Virus record (IMG/VR): IMGVR_UViG_3300044638_005324
Coordinates: 1 to 36,055 of that record
DNA length: 36,055 nt
Reading direction: 5' to 3' (one strand)
Origin: a virus
Lineage: Duplodnaviria > Caudoviricetes
Shown here: one piece after another, positions 11,501-20,033 of the stretch
Numbering within the stretch: position 1 is the stretch's first letter
Layout of the letters: every line of letters starts with the position of its first letter
Notes under the pieces: generated by a model
What the model saw: the letters and a program-made list of their open reading frames with translations, nothing else
Told to the model about the DNA's origin: nothing
The model's database searches: none
Translations under genes and position numbers: made by a program

Positions 11501-14500
11501 AAAGAAATTTTAAATACACAAAAAGAATTGCAAAAAGCAAGAACATCTTTCGTTGAATCATACACTAAAGGAACAGAAGAACAATCTAACGAAAAAATTG
11601 ATTCAGATTATAAAAAAACGATTCAAGAAACAGAAAAGAATTCAATACTTTATCAAAGTATGGAAGAATTTGATATTAATGCTAATAAAGATATTTTACC
11701 TGAAAATAGATTTAGAATAATTGATAATGTTACTAAAAAAGAAAAAATAGTTGATGGCAAAAAGACAAAAATTAATAATTTAGATATTTTGTTTACTAAA
11801 AATAATAATAAAGTCCAAGCTTATGATTATAAAAGCGGTGTTTTAATTGAAGAATCAGAAACTTTAGATAGTTTAAAAACTGTTTTAAATGACATTATTA
11901 AAATGCGTGGGGAAAAAGAATTATTATCTAGAATTGTAAAAAACTTTGGAGCATTTAGAAATGAATTATTTGTCAAAGGTGCATCAATTGAGAAGGAATT
12001 AACTGATATATTTAAAGGTCAAATAAGGTCAAGAGTCTTACCTTATTATACACCTAAAGAAATTTTTGTAATGAGTAAATATGGTTCATGGTTAATTCAA
12101 ACAGGATTTACAAAATCATCTTTATGGGCATTAAAAATGATTCAAAAATTTGGAAATTTCATCAGACCTTATCTAAATAAAATATTTAAAAACTCTAAAA
12201 ACTTATTTGAAGATAAAATATCCGAAACAGATTTACAAAGTAAAGTAATTAAAGAAGAGAAGACTAGTCAAGAAATTAAAAAGTTTGAAGAAAAAAAATT
12301 ACCTGTTTCTACAGACAAAAATATTCCTCAAGAAATAAAAAATAAAATAGTAAGACCTGATTCAGAAATGCCATCCCAACAAATGAATGCTAAATCAAAT
12401 AAATTTGTTATAGATTTTATTGACAGACTTTCTCCAATTAAATTATTAAGCGATAAAATTTATGATTTAGTATCTGACTCTGTGCGTTCTGTAAACTTAG
12501 CTAATAACTCAGTTTACAAAAGACAAGTTGATTTAGAAGGTAGAGATTTAGGAAAAAGTTTATTAGAAATATTAGAACCTGTTTCTGATAATTTAGAAGA
12601 ATTCTCTAGATATATTGTATATCGTGCCTCTAAACCACGTTTACTTAAAAACGACCAAGTAGCATATGAAGATAAACTCTTAAATTTTGATGAAGTAGAT
12701 AGTTATGTTAAAAACATTGAAGAAAATAATCCTAACATTGCTTTAGCTGGATTGGAATGGAATACATTTTTCAAAAATATTAGAGATATTTTAGAAAAGG
12801 AAAATGTTTTTACTAAAGAAAGACTTGCAGAATTAGAAAAAGAATTCCCTGACTATGCACCATTGACTAGAGATTTTGATGAAAAAACAAGCTTTTCAAT
12901 TTTACAAAAAATTAAAGAAGGTGGTTCTAAACGTAATGTTTTTGAACCGATAGTTACCGTAATGGAACAACAAGTTCGTCTTTATAATTTTTTGTTAAAA
13001 AATAGAGCAAATCAAGAATTATTAAGTCAAATATATAAAAATCCAAAGAAATTTGAAGACTTAGGTATTAAAGTTGGTAAAGTTATAGATTCAAGTGAGA
13101 AAGTTGATTTAGTTAAATCTTTACAAGATTACGAAAAAAACAAAGTTATAAAAGTTAGACAAAATGGTAAAGTTATACCTATATCATTTGATAATGATGA
13201 TATATTCAACGCAATGATTAACTATAGTTCAGCTGAAAGAAGTGCTATCATAAATGCGGCTGAAGAATTTACTAAAGCTGTTAAACGTTCAGCAACTGGT
13301 GTTCTTGCACCTTTATGGAGTATAAAAGGAACTGTAATGGATACATCAAGAGCCATTATTAACTCAGATAATCCAATGTTACATTTAGGTTATTTACTAA
13401 AAGCTTCTGTAGCACCATTTGCACCAAAAGGTTCGGCGTTACGTAAAATGCAAGAAGCATTTGAGTTTTCGGGTAACGGAATGAGTGCTGCTCTTAGAGA
13501 TTCTAAAGAATCAAGAATCGGTTCTTTAGATTTCGGAAAAAGTCTTGCATCAAAAGTAAAAAGAAAAATACAAGTGCTAAATCCACTTTCAAGTCAATCT
13601 TTTTGGGGACAAACAGCAGATTACTTTGAGAATATGAATCGTGTGGCAGCATTTAACTTTAAACTTGACCAACTTAAAGGAGAATTAACTCCCGAAAACA
13701 TTAGGATAGCTTCTGAATACGCAAGAAAAATTACAACTGATTTTACTGTAAAAGGTAAAAAGTCAATGGAAATGGAGAAGTTCTTTCCATATACAACTGC
13801 ATCAATTGCTGGTACAACTCAATTATTAAGAAAAATGAAAGACAATCCGATTAAAACCGCTGGTATATTCGGTGCAACATTAGTAATGCCAAAACTCATG
13901 GAATTTTCAAATTTTGGAGATGACCCTGATTATCAAAGGTTGAGCAGTAGAGAAAAATACAGAAATTTAATTATTGGTAAAAACTCTGAAGGTAAATTTA
14001 TCAAAATACCTTTAGACCCTCAGTTTGGTATAGTTTCACAATTAATAGTAGAAACTATAGATGCTTATAAAAATGGAAATCCAAAAGCATATCGTGATGC
14101 AATGAAAGAATTGACAAATATTTATTTACCTCCTCCTGTTTCTGGAATGTTAGAAGGATTAAATAAAAGTGGAAAAGAATTGTTTAATGTTAGAGAAAGT
14201 TTAAAAGGCGTATCTAAAGCGACTTCATTATCTTCTGTTGTTTCTGTAATGACAAATGAATCTTTTACAGGAGCACCTATTGAATCTTTAGAATTCCAAT
14301 TGTCTTCCATAAGACCTGGACTACGTTATAACGAAAAAACTTCTCCATACGCTAAATTTATTGGTAAATATACTGATTTTTCACCAATGAAAATTGATTA
14401 CTTACTTCGTTCATTTGGTGGAGATTTTGCTCGGTATGGTTTACCTTTATCAGCCGATGTTGGAAGTTTCAAAGCTCAAGACTTCTTGAGAAACTTTATC

Positions 14501-14836
14501 GCTGACCCTAAATTATCAAATAACCTTTCATCAGATTTTTACACAAGTCGTGATAATTTGAAAAGAGCTAGGTCTGAGTATATTGATAAAAAAATACCTT
14601 TACCAAATTGGTATGATGAAAGATTATATCAAGCAATTTTTTCACAAGCAAACAACTCTGTTAGTAAAAGACTTACTCAATTAAGAAATGCTTACACAAA
14701 AATTTCAATGAACAAAGAATTAGATTTAAAGACTAAAACTAAGAAGCAAAAAGAAATCCAAGAGTTAATAAACAAAACATATATTGATTGGAATAACGCA
14801 ATGTATAGAGCAGGTGTTCCAAATAAAAAATATTAA
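8564..14836 (+). CDS. Large 2090-aa virion/ejection protein with a C-terminal LPD38-like region
   Basis: C-terminal ENMNRVAAF...ITTDFTVKG...FFPY...DDPDYQRLS..EKYRNLII...FIKIP...SPMKIDYLLRSFGG resembles large polyvalent protein domain 38 (recalled). Confidence 0.7.
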   Translation: MADYNFKSPILQKVYSQQPGSTMRPGITNQPQPKEFKSNILRQVYGQEITQPTVPQAPTMPEEEPGFLGRTLRALPKPILKALSSDSFLVKSPLKPIADKILPAGFGKESERLRKRFIDSTTFGLTGEVDKILGKNIDYRDARSLSDDKLGSVLDGASTIAGYFVPGLGWLKGVKALGLGAKSIPALSKGASLSQKTGRLGKVAAQQAKEGMAIGLGISATEVGVRESLNPQDYTAKENINYIGQNVLMGLALDPLAYGVFRGISKLKQKLSKPQIDLSTETGEMIPPVDFKLPQPNELNEQVFKDLFDLNVTKDEVDRIKTALLSEFNLQRMKKAEEDYVKINELTPEEQYAFQEKMYETVFAHEIARYIRQEELEKTFGKLKIDDKDYSDYKTAAEKRYERKIKELEELDAQKQREIKKQAKSEITSTFRELPRANKQLMQKIKQLEKENIFADLKEETITAPQLTSTVPQLTSTVPQLTSRRRSTKTASSKLLPTPTTTVSSEQLPFISQDVSVPLTTTKPTKTTVDSKQTSKKENQFNYIGKSGNLVPTEGKVYNFRNGEKGFYFKARDLYYIAKEDGTVLSNGKTLKEATSNFYKSPKAESNISQAKAVTSQKKQLETTVENFTVFNRMTEKQEVAAFKKIKGINEEINLQNRQNKYYRYNTKSGNFELKEVRGSKEGKEYVIRDMDGNVLSKGKDRFGAFYKLNEPFLNDAKKDIPEYIQNRYSQEGKIRSIESNQTYQQKKADINTQNRKEFLENENLISVIVKSKDGKKFTTTEVKPYSIDRTSVYYLVDKKNKFNIIDYFEKRIIATGDTLQDAVSAYKTEMAKRVEIIKAEDLKKRREIEAAARGEREAARLRDKELPKPRDASKQIVIDAEQSNIKKYSEEVQSKIKLARKFLSQLKKEYDDNGYSIPNVRQENEKFLNELSRINDRLFVLKSQYQESLSLLKQNLEFNETVLSQSERKIFSEIEDLKKEILNTQKELQKARTSFVESYTKGTEEQSNEKIDSDYKKTIQETEKNSILYQSMEEFDINANKDILPENRFRIIDNVTKKEKIVDGKKTKINNLDILFTKNNNKVQAYDYKSGVLIEESETLDSLKTVLNDIIKMRGEKELLSRIVKNFGAFRNELFVKGASIEKELTDIFKGQIRSRVLPYYTPKEIFVMSKYGSWLIQTGFTKSSLWALKMIQKFGNFIRPYLNKIFKNSKNLFEDKISETDLQSKVIKEEKTSQEIKKFEEKKLPVSTDKNIPQEIKNKIVRPDSEMPSQQMNAKSNKFVIDFIDRLSPIKLLSDKIYDLVSDSVRSVNLANNSVYKRQVDLEGRDLGKSLLEILEPVSDNLEEFSRYIVYRASKPRLLKNDQVAYEDKLLNFDEVDSYVKNIEENNPNIALAGLEWNTFFKNIRDILEKENVFTKERLAELEKEFPDYAPLTRDFDEKTSFSILQKIKEGGSKRNVFEPIVTVMEQQVRLYNFLLKNRANQELLSQIYKNPKKFEDLGIKVGKVIDSSEKVDLVKSLQDYEKNKVIKVRQNGKVIPISFDNDDIFNAMINYSSAERSAIINAAEEFTKAVKRSATGVLAPLWSIKGTVMDTSRAIINSDNPMLHLGYLLKASVAPFAPKGSALRKMQEAFEFSGNGMSAALRDSKESRIGSLDFGKSLASKVKRKIQVLNPLSSQSFWGQTADYFENMNRVAAFNFKLDQLKGELTPENIRIASEYARKITTDFTVKGKKSMEMEKFFPYTTASIAGTTQLLRKMKDNPIKTAGIFGATLVMPKLMEFSNFGDDPDYQRLSSREKYRNLIIGKNSEGKFIKIPLDPQFGIVSQLIVETIDAYKNGNPKAYRDAMKELTNIYLPPPVSGMLEGLNKSGKELFNVRESLKGVSKATSLSSVVSVMTNESFTGAPIESLEFQLSSIRPGLRYNEKTSPYAKFIGKYTDFSPMKIDYLLRSFGGDFARYGLPLSADVGSFKAQDFLRNFIADPKLSNNLSSDFYTSRDNLKRARSEYIDKKIPLPNWYDERLYQAIFSQANNSVSKRLTQLRNAYTKISMNKELDLKTKTKKQKEIQELINKTYIDWNNAMYRAGVPNKKY
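9950..10012 (+). repeat. 21-bp tandem repeat x3 (TAPQLTS/TVPQLTS/TVPQLTS)
   Basis: ACAGCTCCACAATTAACTTCA followed by two copies of ACAGTTCCGCAATTAACTTCA, in frame. Confidence 0.95.
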
Positions 14837-14846
14837 AGGTGATAAA

Positions 14847-15074
14847 ATGAAGGATGAAATTTCGCAAGAAATACTTCAAAGACTTACAAGAGTAGAAACA
14901 AAATTAGATATGATTGCTTCAGCTAAAGAAACTTCTATGGAAGCTTTACAATTGGCTAAAGAAGCACACAAAAAAATAGATAAATTAGAAAGAATTGTAT
15001 TTTGGGCATCTACCACTATAATCGGTGGTGGATTCCTAAGCTTTTTGACTCTGTTTGCAAAAGGAGTTGAATGA
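14847..15074 (+). CDS. XhlA-like holin/haemolysin family protein
   Basis: ILQRLTRVETKLD...AHKKIDKLE coiled coil plus one C-terminal TM helix. ATG 14847 after AAGGTG. Confidence 0.75.
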   Translation: MKDEISQEILQRLTRVETKLDMIASAKETSMEALQLAKEAHKKIDKLERIVFWASTTIIGGGFLSFLTLFAKGVE

Positions 15075-15099
15075 TTCAAAAAACAGAAAGGGGAAAATT

Positions 15100-15489
15100 A
15101 TGAAAAAATATTTAATTTTTATTTTACTTTTTTCTTTTTTAATAACTGGGTGTTCTTCTTTAGAATCAACCAGGTATGAATGTCAAAGTTTTGAAAATTG
15201 GGATGAAGCAAAATGCAACCCTCCAGTTTGTTATCAAGACTTCTTATGTACTAAAGATTTATATCCTCAAGAGTTTTGGGATTCTTTAGAATTAGAAAAC
15301 CAAGTACCTGAATGGGTGAAAGATAACTTTAAACAATATGCAGATGACCAAAACTTCAGGTTCATAGAAGCTTTGTTTAATGGAGATACTGATTTACAAG
15401 AAAGAATAAAAGAAGATGCTGAAAGAGTTGGGTATTTAATTGTTCCAACATTATACTTAGGAGGAAAAAAAAATGAAGAACAAATATAA
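15100..15489 (+). CDS. Cys-rich lipoprotein
   Basis: Signal peptide MKKYLIFILLFSFLITG-C (lipobox), then RYECQSFENWDEAKCNPPVCYQDFLCTKDL. Confidence 0.75.
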   Translation: MKKYLIFILLFSFLITGCSSLESTRYECQSFENWDEAKCNPPVCYQDFLCTKDLYPQEFWDSLELENQVPEWVKDNFKQYADDQNFRFIEALFNGDTDLQERIKEDAERVGYLIVPTLYLGGKKNEEQI

Positions 15490-15742
15490 TGATGTTTTGA
15501 TTTTTATTATTGGTGTAACTTTAACTTTAGTCTTCGGTGGAATTGTTTTTTCACTTCTTTACAGTTTGTTATTTGTAGAACAACCGATGCAACAATCACC
15601 GAATGATGCTGCATTCATCGACTTGGTAACTACATTAGCAACATTTTTGACAGGTTCACTTGGTGGATTTTTAGCTGCGAACAGCATAAGTAAAAGTTCA
15701 GAAACACAAACAGCTAAAAACGAAGAAGAAACACCAATTTAG
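15473..15742 (+). CDS. Two-TM membrane protein coupled to the lipoprotein
   Basis: Two hydrophobic helices separated by EQPMQQSPNDAAFIDL; overlaps the previous gene; AGGAGG RBS. Confidence 0.75.
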   Translation: MKNKYNDVLIFIIGVTLTLVFGGIVFSLLYSLLFVEQPMQQSPNDAAFIDLVTTLATFLTGSLGGFLAANSISKSSETQTAKNEEETPI

Positions 15743-15754
15743 GAGGAAAAATAA

Positions 15755-16336
15755 ATGGGTCATTATGACGGATATCGAGTAACCTCCCCATATGGGGAAA
15801 GAATATCTCCAATTTCGAAAGTTAAAGAAAAGCACACTGGAATAGATTTAGCCAAAGCACATCAAGGTGACATTTTTTCTTTTACAGATGGCATAGTCAC
15901 ACACGCTGAATTTGCACAAAAAGGAACAGGTCTTGGCGGTTTTGGTAATACTGTTTGCATAGTTGACAGCAACGGATATTTGCATCTCTATGGTCATTTA
16001 GATTCTTGTACTGTACAATTAAACGATAAGGTCAAGAAAGGTCAATTAATTGGCAAACAAGGAAACACAGGTCAATCCGCAGGGAGTCATCTTCATTACG
16101 AAATACGCTCACAATCTAAGCCTAGTTTTGGTTGGAGAACAGATGTAAATCCAACAGAATACCTTGATAAATTCTTCTCTCAACCCGCTCCTAAGGTTTC
16201 AAAAGAAAAAATAGATTGGAAAGAAGAAGGATTAAAGTTTCTACAAGAGGAGTATGGTATTGATAAAAAATGGAAAGCAACCGATGAAATTGACTTTGGC
16301 ACTCTCGGTGCAATTCTATCAAAAAAGAAGGGTTGA
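15755..16336 (+). CDS. Endolysin, M23 family peptidase
   Basis: HTGID (HxxxD), YGHLD and GNTGQSAGSHLHYE (HxH) motifs; lies between holin-like genes. Confidence 0.9.
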   Translation: MGHYDGYRVTSPYGERISPISKVKEKHTGIDLAKAHQGDIFSFTDGIVTHAEFAQKGTGLGGFGNTVCIVDSNGYLHLYGHLDSCTVQLNDKVKKGQLIGKQGNTGQSAGSHLHYEIRSQSKPSFGWRTDVNPTEYLDKFFSQPAPKVSKEKIDWKEEGLKFLQEEYGIDKKWKATDEIDFGTLGAILSKKKG

Positions 16337-16340
16337 TAAT

Positions 16341-16541
16341 ATGAAAAACAGATTAAAAAATTATGCACTTTGGATTTCAATTTCTTCATTTATTTTTATG
16401 ATTATTCAGAACTCAGGTTTACAAATAACTCCTGAATCTTGGAATTTATACGTAAACTCGATACTAGGTATCTTTATATTACTCGGAATAGTCAATAATC
16501 CAACAACCGATAACAAAGGTTTTGGTGACGACAAGGAGTGA
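16341..16541 (+). CDS. Phage holin (Bacillota type)
   Basis: MKNRLKNYALWIS...ILGIFILLGIVNNPTTDNKGFGDD, with two TM helices. Confidence 0.85.
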   Translation: MKNRLKNYALWISISSFIFMIIQNSGLQITPESWNLYVNSILGIFILLGIVNNPTTDNKGFGDDKE

Positions 16542-16545
16542 TTTT

Positions 16546-16920
16546 ATGTTAGACAGACACAAAAAATTTATTGAAGAATATATGATTGATGGAAATGGTA
16601 AAGCTGCTTATTTAAGAATATATCCTAATGTATCGGATACTTCAGCAAAAGAAGCAGCTTCAAGACTTTTGAGAAGGGCTGATATAAAAATGGAATTGGA
16701 AAAATTGCAAGATGAAAGAATGAAAAATGTAATGTGGAACGCTGAAGATATAATTTTGCAAATCAAAACAATCGCTCAATCAGAAGGTTCTTCTACTACT
16801 GAAAAGTTAAAAGCATTAGAATTAGGAGCTAAATCTTTAGGTTTATTCAGAGACAAAGTAGAACATTCAGGTTCTGTTTCTATTGTATTGGATAAAGATG
16901 TAGAGGACTGGTCTGAATGA
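16546..16920 (+). CDS. terS: Terminase small subunit
   Basis: RHKKFIEEYMIDGNGKAAYLRIY...AASRLL...KLKALELGAKSLGLFRDKVEHSGSV, typical of Terminase_2. AAGGAG RBS. Confidence 0.88.
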   Translation: MLDRHKKFIEEYMIDGNGKAAYLRIYPNVSDTSAKEAASRLLRRADIKMELEKLQDERMKNVMWNAEDIILQIKTIAQSEGSSTTEKLKALELGAKSLGLFRDKVEHSGSVSIVLDKDVEDWSE

Positions 16921-17225
16921 AAACACCTGCTTGGCAACGCAAAGAAGGAAAGAATCCAAAGGGTGGACTTAACGCAAAAGGTAGAGCCTCTTATAACGCA
17001 TCAGGTGGTAATCTAAAGCCTCCAGTAAAAAAAGGAGATAATCCTAGGAGGGCATCTTTTCTAGCTCGTATGAGTGGTAATCCTGGTGCTGAACGAAAGC
17101 CTGACGGAACACCTACTAGATTGCTTCTTAGTTTACAGGCTTGGGGAGCTTCATCGAAGGCAGATGCAAAGGCTAAGTCAAAAGCAATTTCCAATAGATT
17201 AAAATCTAAAAAAGAAGGTAAATAA
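16917..17225 (+). CDS. Small basic phage protein (DUF6321-like)
   Basis: KTPAWQRKEGKNPKGGLNAKGRASYN...RRASFLARM motif, recalled from uncultured aquatic phages. Confidence 0.65.
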   Translation: MKTPAWQRKEGKNPKGGLNAKGRASYNASGGNLKPPVKKGDNPRRASFLARMSGNPGAERKPDGTPTRLLLSLQAWGASSKADAKAKSKAISNRLKSKKEGK

Positions 17226-17226
17226 T

Positions 17227-17619
17227 ATGTACACCAAACCTTCATTACGAGAGTCTATTAAAAATAAAATCATGGCTAGTGACAAGGGTGGAAATCCAGG
17301 TCAATGGTCTGCACGAAAAGCCCAACTTCTTGCTTTAGAATACAAGAAATCAGGTGGAGGATACACCGGTTCTAAAAAAGCTCCTCAGAAATCACTAGAT
17401 AAATGGACTGGTGAAAAGTGGACTACTAAATCAGGGAAACCATCGACTCAAGGTAAAGAAGCAACAGGTGAAAGATACCTACCTAAAAAAGCGATTCAAT
17501 CTCTAACGAGTTCAGAATATGCAAGAACAACGAAAGCGAAAAGAGAAGGAATCGAAAAAGGAAAACAATTCGTTGCACAACCTAAAAAAGTAGCACAAAA
17601 AACAAAAAGGTTTAGGTGA
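17227..17619 (+). CDS. Small basic protein (DUF5872-like)
   Basis: YTKPSLRE..K..I.A..KGG.PGQWSARKAQLLA.EYKK.GGGY...ERYLPKKA motif (recalled). Confidence 0.65.
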   Translation: MYTKPSLRESIKNKIMASDKGGNPGQWSARKAQLLALEYKKSGGGYTGSKKAPQKSLDKWTGEKWTTKSGKPSTQGKEATGERYLPKKAIQSLTSSEYARTTKAKREGIEKGKQFVAQPKKVAQKTKRFR

Positions 17620-17673
17620 TGAAAATGCAAAGAAGAAGCGAAAGAAGAAATGATGAAGTGGAGGAGGAATAAC

Positions 17674-17883
17674 TTGGCTGCTAAAAATGTTGTTCCAAAA
17701 GGTTATCACATGATGCCAAGTGGTAAACTTATGAAAGATTCCGAAATGAAAAAAAACAAAATGTCTAAAGTTATGAAAGAGTATGGAGCAGGCAAACTAA
17801 ACATCGGCAAAAGCAAGAAAATTGTTAAAAATCAGAAACAAGCCGTTGCTATTGGTCTTTCAGTTTCTCGCAAAAAAATCTAA
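17674..17883 (+). CDS. Small basic protein (DUF6496-like C-terminus)
   Basis: TTG start after GGAGGAGG. GYHMMPSGKLMKDSEM followed by KVMKEY..GKL..GKS.K.VK..KQAVAI.LS. Confidence 0.6.
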   Translation: MAAKNVVPKGYHMMPSGKLMKDSEMKKNKMSKVMKEYGAGKLNIGKSKKIVKNQKQAVAIGLSVSRKKI

Positions 17884-17919
17884 GTATTACGCAAAAAGCG
17901 TTTACTAATAAATTAGAAG

Positions 17920-18153
17920 GTGGAAAATAAAATGATGAAAAATATGGGATATGGTGGCAAAATGAAACAAAAAAATGAAACACGAATGAAATCTGTAAAA
18001 GCTATGGAAGGTATGAAATCAGCTGTCGCAATGAAACCTTCGGCTGCAAAACCGAGCAAAGCAATAATGGGAGTCGGAACGAAAAAAACTGTTACTAAAC
18101 TACCTGGGAAACCAAATACAAAGATGACTAAAACAAAAATAAAAATGTTTTAA
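17920..18153 (+). CDS. K/M-rich small basic protein
   Basis: Low-complexity Lys/Met-rich ORF ending at the terminator. The true start may be ATG 17932. Confidence 0.6.
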   Translation: MENKMMKNMGYGGKMKQKNETRMKSVKAMEGMKSAVAMKPSAAKPSKAIMGVGTKKTVTKLPGKPNTKMTKTKIKMF

Positions 18154-18154
18154 C

Positions 18155-18189
18155 AAAAAAAAGGGAGGCGATAAACCGCCTCCCTTTTT
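18155..18189. terminator. Bidirectional intrinsic terminator between convergent arms
   Basis: A8-GGGAGGCG-ATAAAC-CGCCTCCC-T5. Confidence 0.9.
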
Positions 18190-18601
18190 AATTGAAATCC
18201 AATTTCTTTTCCATAAAGATACAATTTTTTTGTAAAGCGTGATTGAGGAAAGCCTTATTTATTTTGAGTATTTTCGCAAGTTCGCTTCTGCTCATTTTTT
18301 TATTTTTCTTTATAAATTCTTTTTGCTCTTCTGTAAAATTGAATGAAGTCATTGATTCTGCAAATTTATCTACCAATTCTATTACTGGCATTTTATCAAC
18401 AACAGGTCTAATAATTGGCGTTTTGTCCGTATAGCCATTATCTATTAAAAACAAAATTTCTCTATATACCATACTTCTTGATATTTTCATTTTTAATGCT
18501 ATTTGTCTTCCTGTTACTTTTTGTGTATAAAAATCTAAAATCATTTTTTGTCTATTATTTAATTGAGAAGTGTCTTTATTCAAAAGTTTCATCATCCTCA
18601 T
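18188..18601 (-). CDS. HTH DNA-binding protein; possible late regulator
   Basis: Two HTH-like segments (TGRQIALKMKISRSMVYREI; SRSELAKILKINKAFLNHAL); last gene of the early/middle arm. Confidence 0.6.
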   Translation of the reverse strand: MRMMKLLNKDTSQLNNRQKMILDFYTQKVTGRQIALKMKISRSMVYREILFLIDNGYTDKTPIIRPVVDKMPVIELVDKFAESMTSFNFTEEQKEFIKKNKKMSRSELAKILKINKAFLNHALQKNCIFMEKKLDFN

Positions 18602-18758
18602 TACTAATATTTAATATTTCCCCTGTTTCTGAATTTATTTCTAATAATCTATTGTTCCACATGTAAAATCCAACAATACCGACATCAGGATAACCAATGT
18701 CTTCTCCATCAAAATCACTTTGCCAAATCAAATCTTTTCCATCAATCCAAATTTTCAT
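18576..18758 (-). CDS. Hypothetical acidic protein
   Basis: GGAGGT RBS; start overlaps the stop of the 3D-domain gene. Confidence 0.6.
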   Translation of the reverse strand: MKIWIDGKDLIWQSDFDGEDIGYPDVGIVGFYMWNNRLLEINSETGEILNISNEDDETFE

Positions 18759-19204
18759 GGTAATATAAATACCTCCAAATGTTGTCTTCCGAATGATAAA
18801 GCATCTTCTAACTCTTCCATATATACATCTAACTTACCTTCAGTAATAGCAGAACCTCTATCCGTACAAGTAAATACTGTTTCAAAAGCAGGAATATACA
18901 CCTTAGTTCCAAATTCCATTGACTTAGGACAAGCTAAAGTAATTCTTTCCCAAGCTCTCTGACCACTAGCCGTTATACCATAATACTTATCACCAGGATT
19001 TTTACCTGTTGACTCATATCCTGCGGTGTACGCAGTTACCTCGAAAGTTTCAAACTTAGGTTCTATTTTAATTTCTTTAATTACTTCTACTTCTTTTTCT
19101 ACGTATATTGTTTTTGGCTCTTCTTTCAATAACAGAAAAGATATTCCAAACCCTATTAACACATAAAAAATAGCTACTATCCAACCATTGATTGTAATTC
19201 TCAT
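18755..19204 (-). CDS. Membrane-anchored 3D-domain (MltA-like) protein
   Basis: N-terminal TM helix; VTAYT...ITASG...FGTKVYIP...DRGSAI...LDVY. Start moved to ATG 19204. Confidence 0.85.
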   Translation of the reverse strand: MRITINGWIVAIFYVLIGFGISFLLLKEEPKTIYVEKEVEVIKEIKIEPKFETFEVTAYTAGYESTGKNPGDKYYGITASGQRAWERITLACPKSMEFGTKVYIPAFETVFTCTDRGSAITEGKLDVYMEELEDALSFGRQHLEVFILP

Positions 19205-19311
19205 TATATCCCTCTTTTCTCTAATAGTATTTTGACTAGAGCCATAAGGAAGTAAAACCCTATGGCAAAAGTCACATAAAAACAAATCATTGTAATAGCG
19301 AATCTAAACAT
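19204..19311 (-). CDS. 35-aa single-TM peptide
   Basis: MFRFAITMICFYVTFAIGFYFLMALVKILLEKRGI. It fills the gap between mazG and the 3D gene with a TAATG overlap and is not in the ORF track. Confidence 0.6.
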   Translation of the reverse strand: MFRFAITMICFYVTFAIGFYFLMALVKILLEKRGI

Positions 19312-19648
19312 TTTCTTCATTCTCTTCAACTCTGTTTACAGAGTCCTCTGTCTTGAAACCTTCAGGATAACGTTTGACTAGTTTCTCAATATTATATTGT
19401 GCCACTTCTTTCATGTCGATATTAAGAGCAGTACACATACCTGCGACGTACCAAAGTACATCTCCAAGCTCTGAAGCAAGTCTTTCTACATTAAACTCAT
19501 GTCCTTGAAATAAAACCTTTTTCATGTAATCTACTGTTTCTCCGCTTTCTCCAACTAAACCCATACTCATATTCACTAAAGTCAATTCTAAACTTTTTTC
19601 TGTGTTCAAAGTTCTCGCAGCCAATTCTTGATATTGATTAAAATCCAT
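19304..19648 (-). CDS. mazG: MazG-like nucleotide pyrophosphohydrolase
   Basis: MDFNQYQELAART...MGLVGESGETVDYMKK...ELGDVLWY...NIEKLVKRYPEGF. Confidence 0.9.
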   Translation of the reverse strand: MDFNQYQELAARTLNTEKSLELTLVNMSMGLVGESGETVDYMKKVLFQGHEFNVERLASELGDVLWYVAGMCTALNIDMKEVAQYNIEKLVKRYPEGFKTEDSVNRVEENEENV

Positions 19649-19661
19649 TTTTATTCCTCCA

Positions 19662-20033
19662 TTATTCCATTTTTTCAAATTCCATTTCAACACGTGGATT
19701 GGACTTATCTATGTCAAAATCTTGAATCTGTGGCAATGCCCACCTGTCGTCAACATAAATTTGGGCATCTTCTAAAGCATCCATCAGAATCTTGATTGTA
19801 TTGTGAGTATCACGTCGACGGTAATCAGGAAAATAATACCAAAGACGAACGATAACTTTATGATGTGCGGTAGACCACTCATTTTTCTTCCTCCACTCCC
19901 CTGCTTGTATTACAGTATCTTCAAACCACATTTTAGCACTCTTACTCAATATTCTAGTTAATCTATGACCAATCCTACCATTAATGTACATGTGATTCAC
20001 TGAAGGTGGTAGTGTTAAAATTAATCGGCTCAT
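19662..20033 (-). CDS. rusA: RusA-family Holliday junction resolvase
   Basis: LPPSVNHMY...PDYRRRDTHNTIKILMDALEDAQIYVDD...NPRVE. Confidence 0.88.
   Translation of the reverse strand: MSRLILTLPPSVNHMYINGRIGHRLTRILSKSAKMWFEDTVIQAGEWRKKNEWSTAHHKVIVRLWYYFPDYRRRDTHNTIKILMDALEDAQIYVDDRWALPQIQDFDIDKSNPRVEMEFEKME

Noticed and set aside
5663-14310. Minus-strand ORFs within the tail and giant genes (and similar antisense ORFs elsewhere, e.g. 26847-27221, 28021-28464, 33352-33696)
   Set aside because: They are antisense shadows of well-supported genes, with no RBS and F/L/S-rich composition.
8564-14836. Tape measure protein or virion RNA polymerase
   Set aside because: No tail tube or tail chaperone genes, no regular tape-measure repeats, and no polymerase catalytic motif that I could recognise.
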